UHGV virus genome: UHGV-0148165
Length of the DNA: 64,000 nucleotides
Source: a virus
Direction: 5' to 3' (one strand)
The translations under genes were made by a program, and so were the position numbers. Below the pieces are notes generated by a model. The model did no database searches. It saw only the letters and a program-made list of their open reading frames with translations, and was not told the origin of the DNA. This document shows, piece by piece, positions 28,705-39,859 of the stretch. The stretch's first letter is position 1. Every line of letters begins with the position of its first letter.

Positions 28705-31700
28705 TTAGAATTTAAAATATTTACTAATTTTGCGAGCAATTTTAGTGAAGAAAGGCGTTTTTAATTCTTTAATTTCTTCACTCATTTCCTGAATGGCCTT
28801 AATTAAAAGAGCATTCACAGCGGAGTTAGAAATTGTCAGAACTTCGTCTGGTTTATCAAGATTGCCAATTTTCGAAATATTAATCGCTTCTGGTAATATT
28901 TCTTGTAAATCCTGTGCGATAATGCCGATCTCATGACCGATAATTTCACGGTCCTTAAGAGATTTAACTTTATCGTAAGTTTTCACTTTCAGTTTACCAA
29001 TCAAACTTAACGCATTTCCGGTATAATCTTCTATATTGTCTTTAAGGCGACGGTCTGATCGAATATAAACATCGTTAAAGTTTCCGTTGCCACTGGCATC
29101 AAAGCTCCCATTTGCATGGAATTGATAATCAGCAGCCTGAACATGAAGAATCGCTGTCGCAGTATTATTACTATCACCGGGACAATGAACGTCCAGAGCA
29201 GCGATGAAGTTACGCCCCCAATCAACCGCTTTCCAAATAGCATGAGCACTATTAACGCTTTGTTGACAGTCAAGCAACAAACCAGCAGGGCGATCTCTCC
29301 AATTCACATAAGCACCACCAGAAACTTCACCGCGAATAAGCCCTTGATCTCCGGCATAAGGAACACGCTCTCCCACTTTAATCATTGCACCCTGGAAGTG
29401 ATGACTAAATGAACCCCCATGATTATTTCGTATATGTAAAATACTATCATCGGTCGCCCAAATAACAGCCTTTTCTGTATCGCTGCTATCTCTAAACCAG
29501 ATATGGCGAGCACCAGTAGAGGTTTTGATAGTAATCCCGGAAGGTCCATGCGCAGTAAAATCGCCAGCAACATCAAACATCAAACTGTTATCTGTCCTGC
29601 GTTCCGTATAGAAGTGATAACCTTTGGAATCACCGACTTCCATCACTGCCGGGCGACCAACTTCTGAATTTCCCCAATTATTAATAGAGAATCGTTCAGA
29701 GCTATTATTCATCTGATTTAGGTATAATGTACCATCAGTGAATGTTTCGCCAAAGAAACGAGTTTTAATTGCACCTGTCGCTAAAGTACGTTCAGTGGAA
29801 AAATGGGCGCCTTGACTATCTTCTAACTGGATGATGTTATCACGAGCGTTATTGCTATCACCCCAATGGTTAAATTTAAAATAATCTCGTGATCCTAAAC
29901 GTCCGGCGTCAAAAGTCATCGTGCCTTTCATGTTAATATCACCACCAAAAAATGCGGTGAGAGAATCACGTTTTAATTTTAAAACGTTAGCACCACTAGC
30001 ACCACCTAAAGTAACATCACCAGTTCTTAATTCATAACGGAAAGGTCTATTTGTATTAAAGTTTCCATCTTGATCATCTTCGTCGGTGGAAAGAATATAA
30101 AGACTCTCTCCATCATTACGTAAAAATGTACCAAATTTTCCGCCATACATACGGAATGCATTCAACGAGCGGAATTTAACTTCTGTTTTAAATGTGGTAG
30201 TGTTATTAACTTTAACAGTAGAGTTAAAGTTAACTGCGCCATTAAAATCTTGTTTAGCAGTCCAAGTATGTGATCCGTCTTCAAGAACAACGCGTCGAAC
30301 TGTACATGTTCTACTCCCTGGATTACCGAATACACGAACGACAAAATAACGATAGTTTGTCTGGGATACAGTTCCACGCCAAACCTGAACAGTACGTCCT
30401 GTGCTGGTGTGCTCGCTAGGACCAACAGAAAACATAATTAAGTTTCCGTCAATCGTACCCCAATCCATATTAGCTGGCATGTTCTTTATTTTGTTCAAAG
30501 GAACGCTAAACATACTACCAGGAACAAAATCAAATGCTTGCCAGTCTAACTCTGCTAAGTTAGATTTAATACCACCCATACCCAAAGTAATTGGAAGAGA
30601 GTAAGATGTATATACTTCGTTCCATGTACCCCAAACACCGCCGGTGTATGCGCGCTCAAAAATACGATCGCGGGTAGTTGCACCTGTTCCGGCAGTAGTA
30701 AATTTTTGGAAAATAGCACCACCAGAAGCACGCTGTTTAACTTCCAGCAAACCAACAATAACGGCTGGTAAACCTTCGCCTGTAGGACAATTAATAACGG
30801 CATCAGTGCCTAAAATATTATATAACCCAGGAGTTTTAAAATCATTCAGATCTCCGTCATAGAAAGTCGCTGGTGTGACATTACCGACTTGTTGCCACGG
30901 TCCCCATTTAGGCGCAGAAGCATCCCACGCAGCAGTAAGACAGCGAGTATAAACAACACCAAATCTGGTCGTATATCTCTGTGTGCGAGAATAGTTTCCA
31001 CCTTCAAATATTTCTAAAAATCCTTGTGCGGCTGATCCTTTTTCTGGATAATGGCGATCAAATGATGCGATTGCGCTTGAACTGTTTCGCCATAAGCCAC
31101 AATGTTCTAATTCTCCCAAGCTATCAAGGTCAATCGTTTGTGAAAGTGGACGAGTTGACGCTTGAACATTACGCCACACACCCCATGGACCATCGACGCC
31201 ATTCCATTTAGCAGATAAGGAACGAATATAGACGTTACCAGATCTTACAGTATAACGCTGAGTGCCAGCAAATTGGCCGGCCACAAACACTTCTAGTACA
31301 CCTACGGCATTTTCTTCTGGGAATTTATTTGCTGGTTGCGCATTTGTTGAAGTAGATTTCGACCAAACACCAAGATATTCTTCAACAGGCCCATACGTAT
31401 CTAAATTAGCATCAGTAGGTAATTCGCCATTATTTTTTATAAATGTTGTGCTATTGACATTTATGTCAGATGGAGTTAGCGTGATATCTTTTGACCCATC
31501 AAAAGATATACCATTAATTTTCCTAGGTGTTTGCAATTTAGTAGCTGTGCTAGAATTTCCAATTAAAGTTCCAGTTATATTTTCTGTAACCTCTAAAGAC
31601 CCATTTATAGTTCCTCCATATTTTAAACCTAATTCTATAACACTACCTGAGTCATCTTTTGTGAAAATTGTTTTATCTTTTAAGTTTATAGCCAATTCAC

Positions 31701-31779
31701 CTTCGGCTAATACTGAAGCAGCAGGACGTTGACCTGCAGTTTTGCTTCTTTTAAATTGTATTTGTTTTAAAGTAGCCAT
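28705..31779 (-). CDS. 37: long tail fibre distal subunit gp37, 1024 aa
   Basis: size and position in the 34-35-36-37-38 block; C-terminal region with His-containing repeats. Confidence 0.9.
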   Translation of the reverse strand: MATLKQIQFKRSKTAGQRPAASVLAEGELAINLKDKTIFTKDDSGSVIELGLKYGGTINGSLEVTENITGTLIGNSSTATKLQTPRKINGISFDGSKDITLTPSDINVNSTTFIKNNGELPTDANLDTYGPVEEYLGVWSKSTSTNAQPANKFPEENAVGVLEVFVAGQFAGTQRYTVRSGNVYIRSLSAKWNGVDGPWGVWRNVQASTRPLSQTIDLDSLGELEHCGLWRNSSSAIASFDRHYPEKGSAAQGFLEIFEGGNYSRTQRYTTRFGVVYTRCLTAAWDASAPKWGPWQQVGNVTPATFYDGDLNDFKTPGLYNILGTDAVINCPTGEGLPAVIVGLLEVKQRASGGAIFQKFTTAGTGATTRDRIFERAYTGGVWGTWNEVYTSYSLPITLGMGGIKSNLAELDWQAFDFVPGSMFSVPLNKIKNMPANMDWGTIDGNLIMFSVGPSEHTSTGRTVQVWRGTVSQTNYRYFVVRVFGNPGSRTCTVRRVVLEDGSHTWTAKQDFNGAVNFNSTVKVNNTTTFKTEVKFRSLNAFRMYGGKFGTFLRNDGESLYILSTDEDDQDGNFNTNRPFRYELRTGDVTLGGASGANVLKLKRDSLTAFFGGDINMKGTMTFDAGRLGSRDYFKFNHWGDSNNARDNIIQLEDSQGAHFSTERTLATGAIKTRFFGETFTDGTLYLNQMNNSSERFSINNWGNSEVGRPAVMEVGDSKGYHFYTERRTDNSLMFDVAGDFTAHGPSGITIKTSTGARHIWFRDSSDTEKAVIWATDDSILHIRNNHGGSFSHHFQGAMIKVGERVPYAGDQGLIRGEVSGGAYVNWRDRPAGLLLDCQQSVNSAHAIWKAVDWGRNFIAALDVHCPGDSNNTATAILHVQAADYQFHANGSFDASGNGNFNDVYIRSDRRLKDNIEDYTGNALSLIGKLKVKTYDKVKSLKDREIIGHEIGIIAQDLQEILPEAINISKIGNLDKPDEVLTISNSAVNALLIKAIQEMSEEIKELKTPFFTKIARKISKYFKF

Positions 31780-31787
31780 AAGTCCTC

Positions 31788-32438
31788 TTAATAATAGCCG
31801 AAATCTTGAACAGAATCCTTAATTACGATTTGGTCAAATCGTGGAACGTGTGAAGGTTGAGATGCAGGATTCTGTGAAAAAAGGTTTGGCGCAGTTAAAT
31901 TTCCTGTCATAGTGTCTCCAGAGCGTAATACCCTAGAGTTTGCATTTGCTGTAACAGTATTTATTGCTCCATCAACATAATCTTTACGAGTAGCATCTGA
32001 TGCTGCGGAAGGAGTAGATGTAACAGTTACAGATGGAGCCGTTACAGCTTTGGTAAATGTTGTCAAACCTTCTGGCGTAATAGTAATTTGTCCAGTAGTG
32101 ATTTCACTACCTGCTGGTCTAAAACTAATACCGCCAGAAGAGCCACCAACTACAAGAGTATTACCAGTGCCGCCACCAGAACGAATTCGGATGGGGGTTT
32201 CATTATTACTTAATTGAAGATAACTATTTACACCATAATTAATAGTAACTGGGCCTGTGTAAGTACCACCAGTAGATTTAGAAACGAAATCATTATCAGC
32301 TGCCTGTGGTTTATTATATTCTGAATATATTTTAAATGATTTGTAGAGTACATCGTCACCGGCTGAATTCAACGGAAAATTTCCTTGATGCCAAATGACA
32401 GATCCACCTACAGTTGAACCTACTTTTAAATCAGCCAT
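31788..32438 (-). CDS. 36: long tail fibre hinge protein gp36, 216 aa
   Basis: size and position between genes 35 and 37. Confidence 0.8.
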   Translation of the reverse strand: MADLKVGSTVGGSVIWHQGNFPLNSAGDDVLYKSFKIYSEYNKPQAADNDFVSKSTGGTYTGPVTINYGVNSYLQLSNNETPIRIRSGGGTGNTLVVGGSSGGISFRPAGSEITTGQITITPEGLTTFTKAVTAPSVTVTSTPSAASDATRKDYVDGAINTVTANANSRVLRSGDTMTGNLTAPNLFSQNPASQPSHVPRFDQIVIKDSVQDFGYY

Positions 32439-32461
32439 TGTATGCCCCTTTATTTTAATAT

Positions 32462-32469
32462 TATTTATA
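32462..32469 (-). promoter_or_regulatory. late promoter TATAAATA for gene 36 (minus strand)
   Basis: plus-strand TATTTATA 24 nt upstream of gene 36 ATG. Confidence 0.5.
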
Positions 32470-32471
32470 AA

Positions 32472-32495
32472 GAAAAAAGGAACCCGAAGGCTCCC
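32472..32495 (-). terminator. intrinsic terminator after gene 35 (minus strand)
   Basis: minus-strand RNA GGAGCC-UUCG-GGUUCC followed by UUUUUU. Confidence 0.5.
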
Positions 32496-32500
32496 TCAGT

Positions 32501-33616
32501 TTAAACTTCTCTAAATTCCTGTCCAAACACTTTACCAGTTTTAGACGATGCCTGTGTAGGAAGTACCATTATATCTGGAGGTGAAGCCGATTCACAGACA
32601 TAATTAACGCGAATACCGTTGACGCCAAATTCGGCAGGTTTTGAAATGCCGCCATTTCTTGATACTTCAGAAAAGCTTAAATTTCTCATGCCGCCTTGAC
32701 CTGCTTGGGCAGTTCTTTGTGCATATATCGTAAATCCTACTGCATTTTCAGGAACAACTACATAATCTTCTTTTAATTCCCAAGACCCAGCTTGCCCAGT
32801 AAACTCAGCTTGGGTCGAGGAAATATATCCATTTGATGCATCATAAAAACGAATAGATATATTTGCAGTTCCAAGATCAAGTAAATCAGCATCAGCATAT
32901 AGTTGTGCTTTAAGATAAAGAACATCACCAGGAATTAAATTGTAGTCAGAAAGTTTACTTATAGCAGCTGAAGTTGGTAAACGCGCAATTTCATTATTAG
33001 TTCCACCAACCGCAGACATAAATTGCTCAACGCTTTCGTATGTTCTTTTAGGAAATCCTGTAGCTCCGACGTCTTCTAAACTATCAAATACAACATCTAA
33101 CATAGTTTGATAGTCATCTGTGCTTTTTCTATTACTTAGTTTAACATGCTCTAATGCGATAGCTCTTTTAGAAGAAGTGTAAAAAGCAGCATATGACACG
33201 TCAAATCTTGACAATACTGAATCTGATGGAAAAACTGAAGTTCCTGCTCCCCTTAACCAAGATACCACTTCAGGAGGAAAATTAACCTTTCCGCTAGTTA
33301 ATATAGCAACAAGTCTATTGTTTGACAAAGAATTCATGAAACTGACAAAAGTGGTAGATGTTGTATTGTTTGAAGCAGAAAAAGCATATGACTTACTATC
33401 AACTAATGCTCCCGTAGAAGGGTCAAAAACTCTTAAATGAAGACCTGCACTAAATGTTTGATTTCCAACGGGATTATCCTGAAATTTAACATATGGTCCC
33501 GCAGTAGAAAGCGGGCAAGAACCCGCTATGCTTATTTTATATCTTACTGAATTGCTTTCCGATAAAAATGGCGTTTGGACATATCCTTGTCCAAACTCTG
33601 CCATAAATTTTTCCAT
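32501..33616 (-). CDS. 35: long tail fibre proximal connector gp35, 371 aa
   Basis: size and position between genes 34 and 36. Confidence 0.8.
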   Translation of the reverse strand: MEKFMAEFGQGYVQTPFLSESNSVRYKISIAGSCPLSTAGPYVKFQDNPVGNQTFSAGLHLRVFDPSTGALVDSKSYAFSASNNTTSTTFVSFMNSLSNNRLVAILTSGKVNFPPEVVSWLRGAGTSVFPSDSVLSRFDVSYAAFYTSSKRAIALEHVKLSNRKSTDDYQTMLDVVFDSLEDVGATGFPKRTYESVEQFMSAVGGTNNEIARLPTSAAISKLSDYNLIPGDVLYLKAQLYADADLLDLGTANISIRFYDASNGYISSTQAEFTGQAGSWELKEDYVVVPENAVGFTIYAQRTAQAGQGGMRNLSFSEVSRNGGISKPAEFGVNGIRVNYVCESASPPDIMVLPTQASSKTGKVFGQEFREV

Positions 33617-33624
33617 AATACCTC

Positions 33625-36600
33625 TTATTCAACCCATTCAAATTTAACAGTTTTATTCACTGGGTCAGGAATAATGCGAACATTACCAATTCGTAAGAAA
33701 TCACGAATAGTAAGATTACCTATTATTCCATTATCAGATGGGATTGCTCCTATATCCGAAGGTTGAGGAGGATTACCTCCATCGAATACCTGAACAAAAC
33801 TTGACCAAGAGTTTTTGGTTTTCTGCCATGTACGTGTCCAGCGAGTGGTACGTGCTTCTGGGGTCGTTGGATAAGTAATCCAATCTTGGTAAAGTGAATC
33901 AAGTGTGTTACCAAACTGAGTCAATGTACCAGGAGATTTAACTTCTTCACCGCGTTCTAAATATGGAAGTCCAGTCACTTCATTAGTTTTTTCAACCATT
34001 TTAAAATAACCCGGGAACTGGTTATAAGTGGCTGAATCATTAATATCGATTGACCAGAATCCTACAGTATCAGATGTTGGCGCACGGGTATATAAATCAG
34101 ATGTTTTAACACCTTGAGAACGAATTCTCGAGTTAACAGTTAAACCGCCTGAACTTATAGTAGCACCTTTTGCAATGATTAAGCTTTCACCAATCGTTAC
34201 TTGGCCAGATGCATTATTAATAGATAAAGGACGTAATCCATTAAATCCGCCAGTTTGATCACCCGATGCAGTAAGCATAAAATTCGTTACTGACCCATCA
34301 TTGCGAACAATGAAACCATAATTTCCGTTAATAGCACGGAAAGCATTTGCGCTTCGAGAAATAATTTCACCAGTTGCAGTGACTGAATTACCAAATGTTG
34401 CTACACCATTTGCATTCAATGTTCCTGAAGCATTAACATTTATCGGTGTTACTGTACCGTTGATATTAAATGTTATATTTCCAGCTTTATTACGCTGAGA
34501 ATAAAAATGACTAGACGTTTCATCACTAACTTCAAATACGGTAGAACGTGTTGTGTCTGATTCCCCACTAAATTGATTTCCCCACACTCTGACTGTCATC
34601 GTTTGAGCCGGGTTTGTTCCAGTTTGAGGTCCTTTCTCAAAAATCAATCGAGTTGCCGTTCCAGTATTAGAAATAGTTAATGTACTATTTGCTGAAACTG
34701 ACCCACCAAACGTAGCTGTACTAGATGATACAAGAGGGGCACTCAGATTCGTTTGTTGGGTTAAGGTTAGTGAACCATTAACTGTTTGTGCAATGTCCCT
34801 ACGAATGAACTGGAGCGAATCTAGACCATCTAATAAATTACTATCTACAGCTTTTGCTTTTAATGGCAAATAATTTGCTAATACGCGATTTAATTCATAT
34901 GGTGATACTGCATAGCTATTTTTCTCGTATAATTCTAATGACTGTGTTGAACCTACCGTATCATTACCAACGAATGTAATTGAACCAGATGAAGTTTTAA
35001 CAAAACCTCTTACCAGGGTAGTAGCTGCCCAAGTAGGTTCACTCTGCACAATCCATTTTAAATTTTTTGGAGATACAGCAGTATTTGCTGACGTTCCAGT
35101 CACAGTTTCAGACTGAGTTGCAACTTTAATAACACCTTCCTGTGCTTCAGTAGATTTAGTACCTAAAAGCTTTTTAGGAGTTATTAAAACATTATCTAAT
35201 GTTCCTGCAGCAGCTTCAACTTGTGTAGCTACACGAAGTGTACCACGCTGTGTCTCATTTGCTTCAAGAATATTAAGTGTATAATGGTCCCAGAGAGTTC
35301 CTGATTCAACTAATCCAGATAGAGCAACAACAGAAGTACGATCAGTACTATTAAATCTAGTTTTAATTTTTAATGGTGTAGAGATGCGAGTATCGTCGAC
35401 GCCTGCGTCGAATTCAACTTGCGTAGCAATTTCAGCTATACCACTTAAACTTTCAGTTGCTCTACGGTCATTTAAAGTTTTAGGAGTGACTGCACGAGTA
35501 TAGTCAGTTCCTGTGTTAACTTCACTTTGCGTAGCAATTTCAATTAAACCAATTCTTCCATCAGTTGATGTCTTTTTATGTAACGTTTCTGGCGTTACAA
35601 CAGCATTTGCCCATCCTTCCTGACTTTGTCCAGCAATTACTTCACTTTCAACTGCTAAAATTACTGCGCCTTGTTGCGTTGGAGTAGCTTTATACTGATC
35701 CAAAGCTTTAGGTGAAACAACTAAATTATTAGTGTTTTTATTATAAACATTCGTACCATTTAATTCACGGCTAGAAGCTGGAGTAGCTCCTGCAGTAGAT
35801 ACATAAGTTACAATACCAGATAATGATTCAGAACCTTGGCGAGCTTGAAGCTTTTTAGGAGTGATGATTGTAGTATCATCAGTACCTGTATTAGTTTCCT
35901 GCTGCGTAGCAATTTCAGCGACACCTCTACGAGTTTCTGTAGCAGTTCTTTCATTCAGCTTTTTAGGAGTGATGATAAGGTCATCTGCAAAAGAGAATGT
36001 GGTGTTCTGATTCACTTGAGCAGTAGTTGCTATTCTTGCAATACCTCTGCGAGTTTCTGTAGCAGTACGATTAGCTAACGTTTCTGGAGTAATTGCTAAT
36101 TCTTTTTGTGGAGAATTTTCTAAATCAGCATTTGCTTGAGCTTGCGTAGCTAAAGCAATTACGCCTAATCTTGCTCTAGTAGAAGCATTTAAAGAGTCTA
36201 CTCTTTCTACAGTTGGAACGTTTTGCTGTACAACCCAGTATTTTCCATCAGAATCTTCTATATAAGCAAGTTGTAAAACTGGAACATAATTAGTTTCACC
36301 GTTAAAAACTAATTCTTGAACTGTTACCCATTCAGCTTCAGGCGGATATTCTGAACGTTTTGGGAATTGCAGCAATTGAACTGAGGAAGCAATTTTATCT
36401 TCACCTGCAGCTTTGATTTTAACTGTTTGTCCTTTTCTCATGTAATTCATGGAAATTTTGACAGTATCACCAACAGAAATATCAGTCGGAAGCTGAAGTT
36501 CAATTGTCTGGGTTGTTCCATTATTCGCGCCAAATACCATGACTTCTTCATTTGGACGAATATTAGAATTAGTTGTTATAATGCGTAAACGTGCTTTACT

Positions 36601-37494
36601 ATCCCCGTCAAACAATCTCCACAATTTCTCATTATCATCAAACATCAAGAAACCGTCAATCGATGTACGGCCTTCAATGGAATGAGTTCCAACTTCTTGC
36701 ACTGACGTTGTTTCATCATATGTCGTAACAATTGTATGATAAAGTGGATTTAATTTATCTAAATCAACGAAATTAATGATATCTCCATGATTGGCAAATC
36801 TTGGAAGCTTAACATTAATCGGCGCGGCAGAAGTAAATCTACGTACGATAAAATCATTAGATTGTGCTTGATATGCAGTCGATGGAGTAACAATCGCAGC
36901 TTCTCTGCTATAATCAGCAATATACATTTGCCACAAACGATTATTAAAAATGAATACCATCTGTGACTTTGGATGAGTCATTAAAACTGAACGTACCTGT
37001 TCACCTCTAAAATTGACAATACTCTGATTTGAAGAATTTATTTTAACCTGATTTATGCCAGGTTTTCCACCGATATCTTGAATTATTACGGTTTCTCCAT
37101 CAAGCGGAGAAGGTGGTAAAGTAAACTCAATGTCATTGCCAACTGATGTATCTACTGAAATTGCTTCTCCGGATTTTAATTGATACGGTCCAGATGATAC
37201 GGTTGTATATACAGCATCAGTACGTAATGCTTTCCAACGAATTCTATTAAAACTTCCAGCAGGTTTTGGAATATTATCCGTTGCTGCCCAAAAACGATTA
37301 TTATAAATGATTACAAAATCTTTTAAATATCCACGAGTTGGATCATATTGCTGAACTGTGTTTTCTTGAATTAAGTAATCAACGTTAACACCGTCAGTTC
37401 CTACGGTACGATCAGCTAAAGCTACGTTGATTATTTTATCGCCACCTGCGTCCAGACCATCTTCTGCTCTGAACTTTCTTTTAATCTCGGCCAT
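33625..37494 (-). CDS. 34: long tail fibre proximal subunit gp34, 1289 aa
   Basis: length identical to T4 gp34; internal roughly 36-aa repeats (TATETRRGIAxIAT...). Confidence 0.9.
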   Translation of the reverse strand: MAEIKRKFRAEDGLDAGGDKIINVALADRTVGTDGVNVDYLIQENTVQQYDPTRGYLKDFVIIYNNRFWAATDNIPKPAGSFNRIRWKALRTDAVYTTVSSGPYQLKSGEAISVDTSVGNDIEFTLPPSPLDGETVIIQDIGGKPGINQVKINSSNQSIVNFRGEQVRSVLMTHPKSQMVFIFNNRLWQMYIADYSREAAIVTPSTAYQAQSNDFIVRRFTSAAPINVKLPRFANHGDIINFVDLDKLNPLYHTIVTTYDETTSVQEVGTHSIEGRTSIDGFLMFDDNEKLWRLFDGDSKARLRIITTNSNIRPNEEVMVFGANNGTTQTIELQLPTDISVGDTVKISMNYMRKGQTVKIKAAGEDKIASSVQLLQFPKRSEYPPEAEWVTVQELVFNGETNYVPVLQLAYIEDSDGKYWVVQQNVPTVERVDSLNASTRARLGVIALATQAQANADLENSPQKELAITPETLANRTATETRRGIARIATTAQVNQNTTFSFADDLIITPKKLNERTATETRRGVAEIATQQETNTGTDDTTIITPKKLQARQGSESLSGIVTYVSTAGATPASSRELNGTNVYNKNTNNLVVSPKALDQYKATPTQQGAVILAVESEVIAGQSQEGWANAVVTPETLHKKTSTDGRIGLIEIATQSEVNTGTDYTRAVTPKTLNDRRATESLSGIAEIATQVEFDAGVDDTRISTPLKIKTRFNSTDRTSVVALSGLVESGTLWDHYTLNILEANETQRGTLRVATQVEAAAGTLDNVLITPKKLLGTKSTEAQEGVIKVATQSETVTGTSANTAVSPKNLKWIVQSEPTWAATTLVRGFVKTSSGSITFVGNDTVGSTQSLELYEKNSYAVSPYELNRVLANYLPLKAKAVDSNLLDGLDSLQFIRRDIAQTVNGSLTLTQQTNLSAPLVSSSTATFGGSVSANSTLTISNTGTATRLIFEKGPQTGTNPAQTMTVRVWGNQFSGESDTTRSTVFEVSDETSSHFYSQRNKAGNITFNINGTVTPINVNASGTLNANGVATFGNSVTATGEIISRSANAFRAINGNYGFIVRNDGSVTNFMLTASGDQTGGFNGLRPLSINNASGQVTIGESLIIAKGATISSGGLTVNSRIRSQGVKTSDLYTRAPTSDTVGFWSIDINDSATYNQFPGYFKMVEKTNEVTGLPYLERGEEVKSPGTLTQFGNTLDSLYQDWITYPTTPEARTTRWTRTWQKTKNSWSSFVQVFDGGNPPQPSDIGAIPSDNGIIGNLTIRDFLRIGNVRIIPDPVNKTVKFEWVE

Positions 37495-37528
37495 TCTCCC
37501 GGGCTCCTATTGTGTTTTCAATAATAAG

Positions 37529-37536
37529 TATTTATA
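37529..37536 (-). promoter_or_regulatory. late promoter TATAAATA for gene 34 (minus strand)
   Basis: plus-strand TATTTATA 35 nt upstream of gene 34 ATG. Confidence 0.5.
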
Positions 37537-37539
37537 CCT

Positions 37540-37569
37540 GTTTACTTTAAGATTTAGATAGTATATAAT
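37540..37569 (+). promoter_or_regulatory. T4 early-type promoter upstream of rnh, divergent from the gene 34 late promoter
   Basis: GTTTAC 37540-37545, 18-nt spacer, TATAAT 37564-37569. Confidence 0.5.
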
Positions 37570-37598
37570 AGAAATCTCACTAATTGAACGAGGTTCAT

Positions 37599-38516
37599 AT
37601 GGATTTAGAAATGATGCTGGATGAAGATTACAAAGAAGGAATTTGCTTAATTGACTTTAGTCAGATTGCGCTTTCAACTGCTCTGGTAAACTTCCCAGAT
37701 AAAGAAAAAATTAATTTATCAATGGTTCGTCATTTGATATTGAACTCAATTAAGTTTAATGTCAAAAAAGCAAAAACGCTTGGATACACTAAAATTGTGC
37801 TGTGTATTGATAACGCGAAATCTGGATACTGGCGTCGTGATTTTGCTTATTATTATAAGAAAAACCGTGGAAAAGCACGAGAAGAATCTACTTGGGACTG
37901 GGAAGGTTATTTTGAATCCAGCCATAAAGTTATAGATGAATTGAAAGCTTATATGCCATACATTGTTATGGATATTGATAAGTATGAAGCAGATGACCAC
38001 ATTGCTGTTCTTGTTAAAAAGTTCTCTTTAGAAGGACATAAGATTTTAATCATTTCATCGGATGGTGACTTTACACAGCTTCACAAATATCCAAATGTTA
38101 AGCAATGGTCACCGATGCATAAGAAATGGGTTAAAATTAAAAGCGGTTCTGCTGAAATTGACTGTATGACTAAAATCCTTAAAGGCGACAAAAAGGATAA
38201 CGTTGCTTCAGTTAAAGTACGATCTGACTTTTGGTTTACCAAAGTTGAAGGTGAACGGACTCCTTCAATGAAAACTTCAATCGTTGAAGCTATTGCTAAT
38301 GATCGTGAGCAAGCTAAGGTGCTTCTCACAGAATCTGAATATAATCGTTATAAAGAAAATTTAGTTCTAATTGATTTTGATTATATTCCTGATAATATTG
38401 CTTCAAACATTGTGAATTACTATAATTCATATAAATTACCACCGCGTGGCAAAATTTATTCATATTTTGTAAAAGCGGGTCTTTCTAAATTAACTAATAG
38501 CATTAATGAATTTTGA
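37599..38516 (+). CDS. rnh: RNase H (5'-3' exonuclease, FEN family), 305 aa
   Basis: 305 aa from ATG 37599 (track starts at TTG 37584); MDLEMMLDEDYKEGICLIDFSQIA matches T4 RNase H as recalled. Confidence 0.9.
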   Translation: MDLEMMLDEDYKEGICLIDFSQIALSTALVNFPDKEKINLSMVRHLILNSIKFNVKKAKTLGYTKIVLCIDNAKSGYWRRDFAYYYKKNRGKAREESTWDWEGYFESSHKVIDELKAYMPYIVMDIDKYEADDHIAVLVKKFSLEGHKILIISSDGDFTQLHKYPNVKQWSPMHKKWVKIKSGSAEIDCMTKILKGDKKDNVASVKVRSDFWFTKVEGERTPSMKTSIVEAIANDREQAKVLLTESEYNRYKENLVLIDFDYIPDNIASNIVNYYNSYKLPPRGKIYSYFVKAGLSKLTNSINEF

Positions 38517-38524
38517 GGTGAATA

Positions 38525-38794
38525 ATGGCTAAAAAAGAAATGGTTGAATTTGATGAAGCTATCCATGGCGAAGACTTGGCTAAATTTATTAAAGAAGCAT
38601 CTGACCATAAACTGAAAATTTCCGGTTATAATGAACTGATTAAAGATATTCGAATTCGTGCCAAAGATGAACTTGGCGTTGATGGTAAGATGTTTAATCG
38701 TCTATTAGCTTTGTATCATAAAGATAACCGTGATGTGTTTGAAGCTGAAACTGAAGAGGTAGTTGAACTTTATGACACAGTTTTCTCTAAATGA
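38525..38794 (+). CDS. dsbA: DsbA double-stranded DNA-binding protein, 89 aa
   Basis: 89 aa, position between rnh and 33 as in T4. Confidence 0.7.
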   Translation: MAKKEMVEFDEAIHGEDLAKFIKEASDHKLKISGYNELIKDIRIRAKDELGVDGKMFNRLLALYHKDNRDVFEAETEEVVELYDTVFSK

Positions 38795-39110
38795 CATTCG
38801 TCCGGTCGATGAGACCGGTCTTTCAGAAAAAGAACTTTCAATTAAGAAAGAAAAGGATGAAATTGCAAAGCTTCTTGACCGCCAAGAAAATGGATTTATT
38901 ATTGAAAAAATGGTAGAAGAGTTTGGAATGAGTTATCTTGAAGCTACAACAGCATTCTTAGAAGAAAATTCTATTCCTGAAACTCAATTTGCTAAATTTA
39001 TTCCTTCGGGTATAATTGAAAAAATTCAGTCAGAAGCCATTGACGAAAATCTTTTACGTCCTTCTGTTGTTCGTTGTGAAAAAACTAATACATTAGATTT
39101 TCTGCTATGA
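38772..39110 (+). CDS. 33: late transcription co-activator gp33, 112 aa
   Basis: 112 aa from ATG 38772 (track starts at TTG 38763); position before gene 59. Confidence 0.75.
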   Translation: MTQFSLNDIRPVDETGLSEKELSIKKEKDEIAKLLDRQENGFIIEKMVEEFGMSYLEATTAFLEENSIPETQFAKFIPSGIIEKIQSEAIDENLLRPSVVRCEKTNTLDFLL

Positions 39111-39760
39111 TTAAACTCCGCATGCCTGCTGGTGGTGAAAGATACATTGATGGTAAATCAGTTTATAAATTATACTTAATGATAAAACAACATATGAATG
39201 GAAAGTATGATGTAATTAAGTATAATTGGTGCATGCGGGTGTCTGATGCCGCTTATCAAAAGCGAAGGGATAAGTATTTTTTCCAGAAGTTATCAGAAAA
39301 ATATAAATTAAAGGAACTTGCTTTAATCTTTATAAGTAATTTGGTTGCTAACCAAGATGCTTGGATTGGTGACATCTCTGACGCTGATGCACTTGTGTTT
39401 TATCGTGAATATATCGGACGCTTAAAGCAAATTAAATTTAAGTTTGAAGAAGATATTCGCAACATTTATTATTTTAGTAAAAAAGTTGAAGTTTCTGCTT
39501 TTAAAGAAATCTTTGAGTATAATCCAAAAGTCCAATCAAGTTATATTTTTAAACTACTTCAATCGAATATAATTTCGTTTGAAACGTTTATCTTGCTTGA
39601 TTCGTTTTTAAATATAATTGATAAACATGATGAACAGACTGATAATTTAGTCTGGAATAATTATTCTATAAAGTTAAAGGCTTATAGAAAAATTTTAAAT
39701 ATTGATTCACAGAAAGCTAAAAATGTTTTCATTGAAACTGTGAAATCTTGCAAGTATTAA
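39107..39760 (+). CDS. 59: helicase loader gp59, 217 aa
   Basis: length identical to T4 gp59; immediately upstream of gene 32. Confidence 0.85.
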   Translation: MIKLRMPAGGERYIDGKSVYKLYLMIKQHMNGKYDVIKYNWCMRVSDAAYQKRRDKYFFQKLSEKYKLKELALIFISNLVANQDAWIGDISDADALVFYREYIGRLKQIKFKFEEDIRNIYYFSKKVEVSAFKEIFEYNPKVQSSYIFKLLQSNIISFETFILLDSFLNIIDKHDEQTDNLVWNNYSIKLKAYRKILNIDSQKAKNVFIETVKSCKY

Positions 39761-39768
39761 TTGCTTAT

Positions 39769-39776
39769 TATAAATA
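39769..39776 (+). promoter_or_regulatory. late promoter TATAAATA upstream of gene 32
   Basis: exact TATAAATA in the 59-32 intergenic region. Confidence 0.45.
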
Positions 39777-39793
39777 GATTATAATTATCTCAC

Positions 39794-39825
39794 TGACCAG
39801 CTATGAGGTCATACATCGTCATAGC
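39794..39825 (+). promoter_or_regulatory. gene 32 translational operator, H-type RNA pseudoknot
   Basis: TGACC...GGTCA stem 1 interleaved with GCTATG...CATAGC stem 2, followed by AU-rich unstructured tract up to the ATG. Confidence 0.7.
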
Positions 39826-39859
39826 ACCAACTGTTAATTAAATTAAAAAGGAAATAAAA

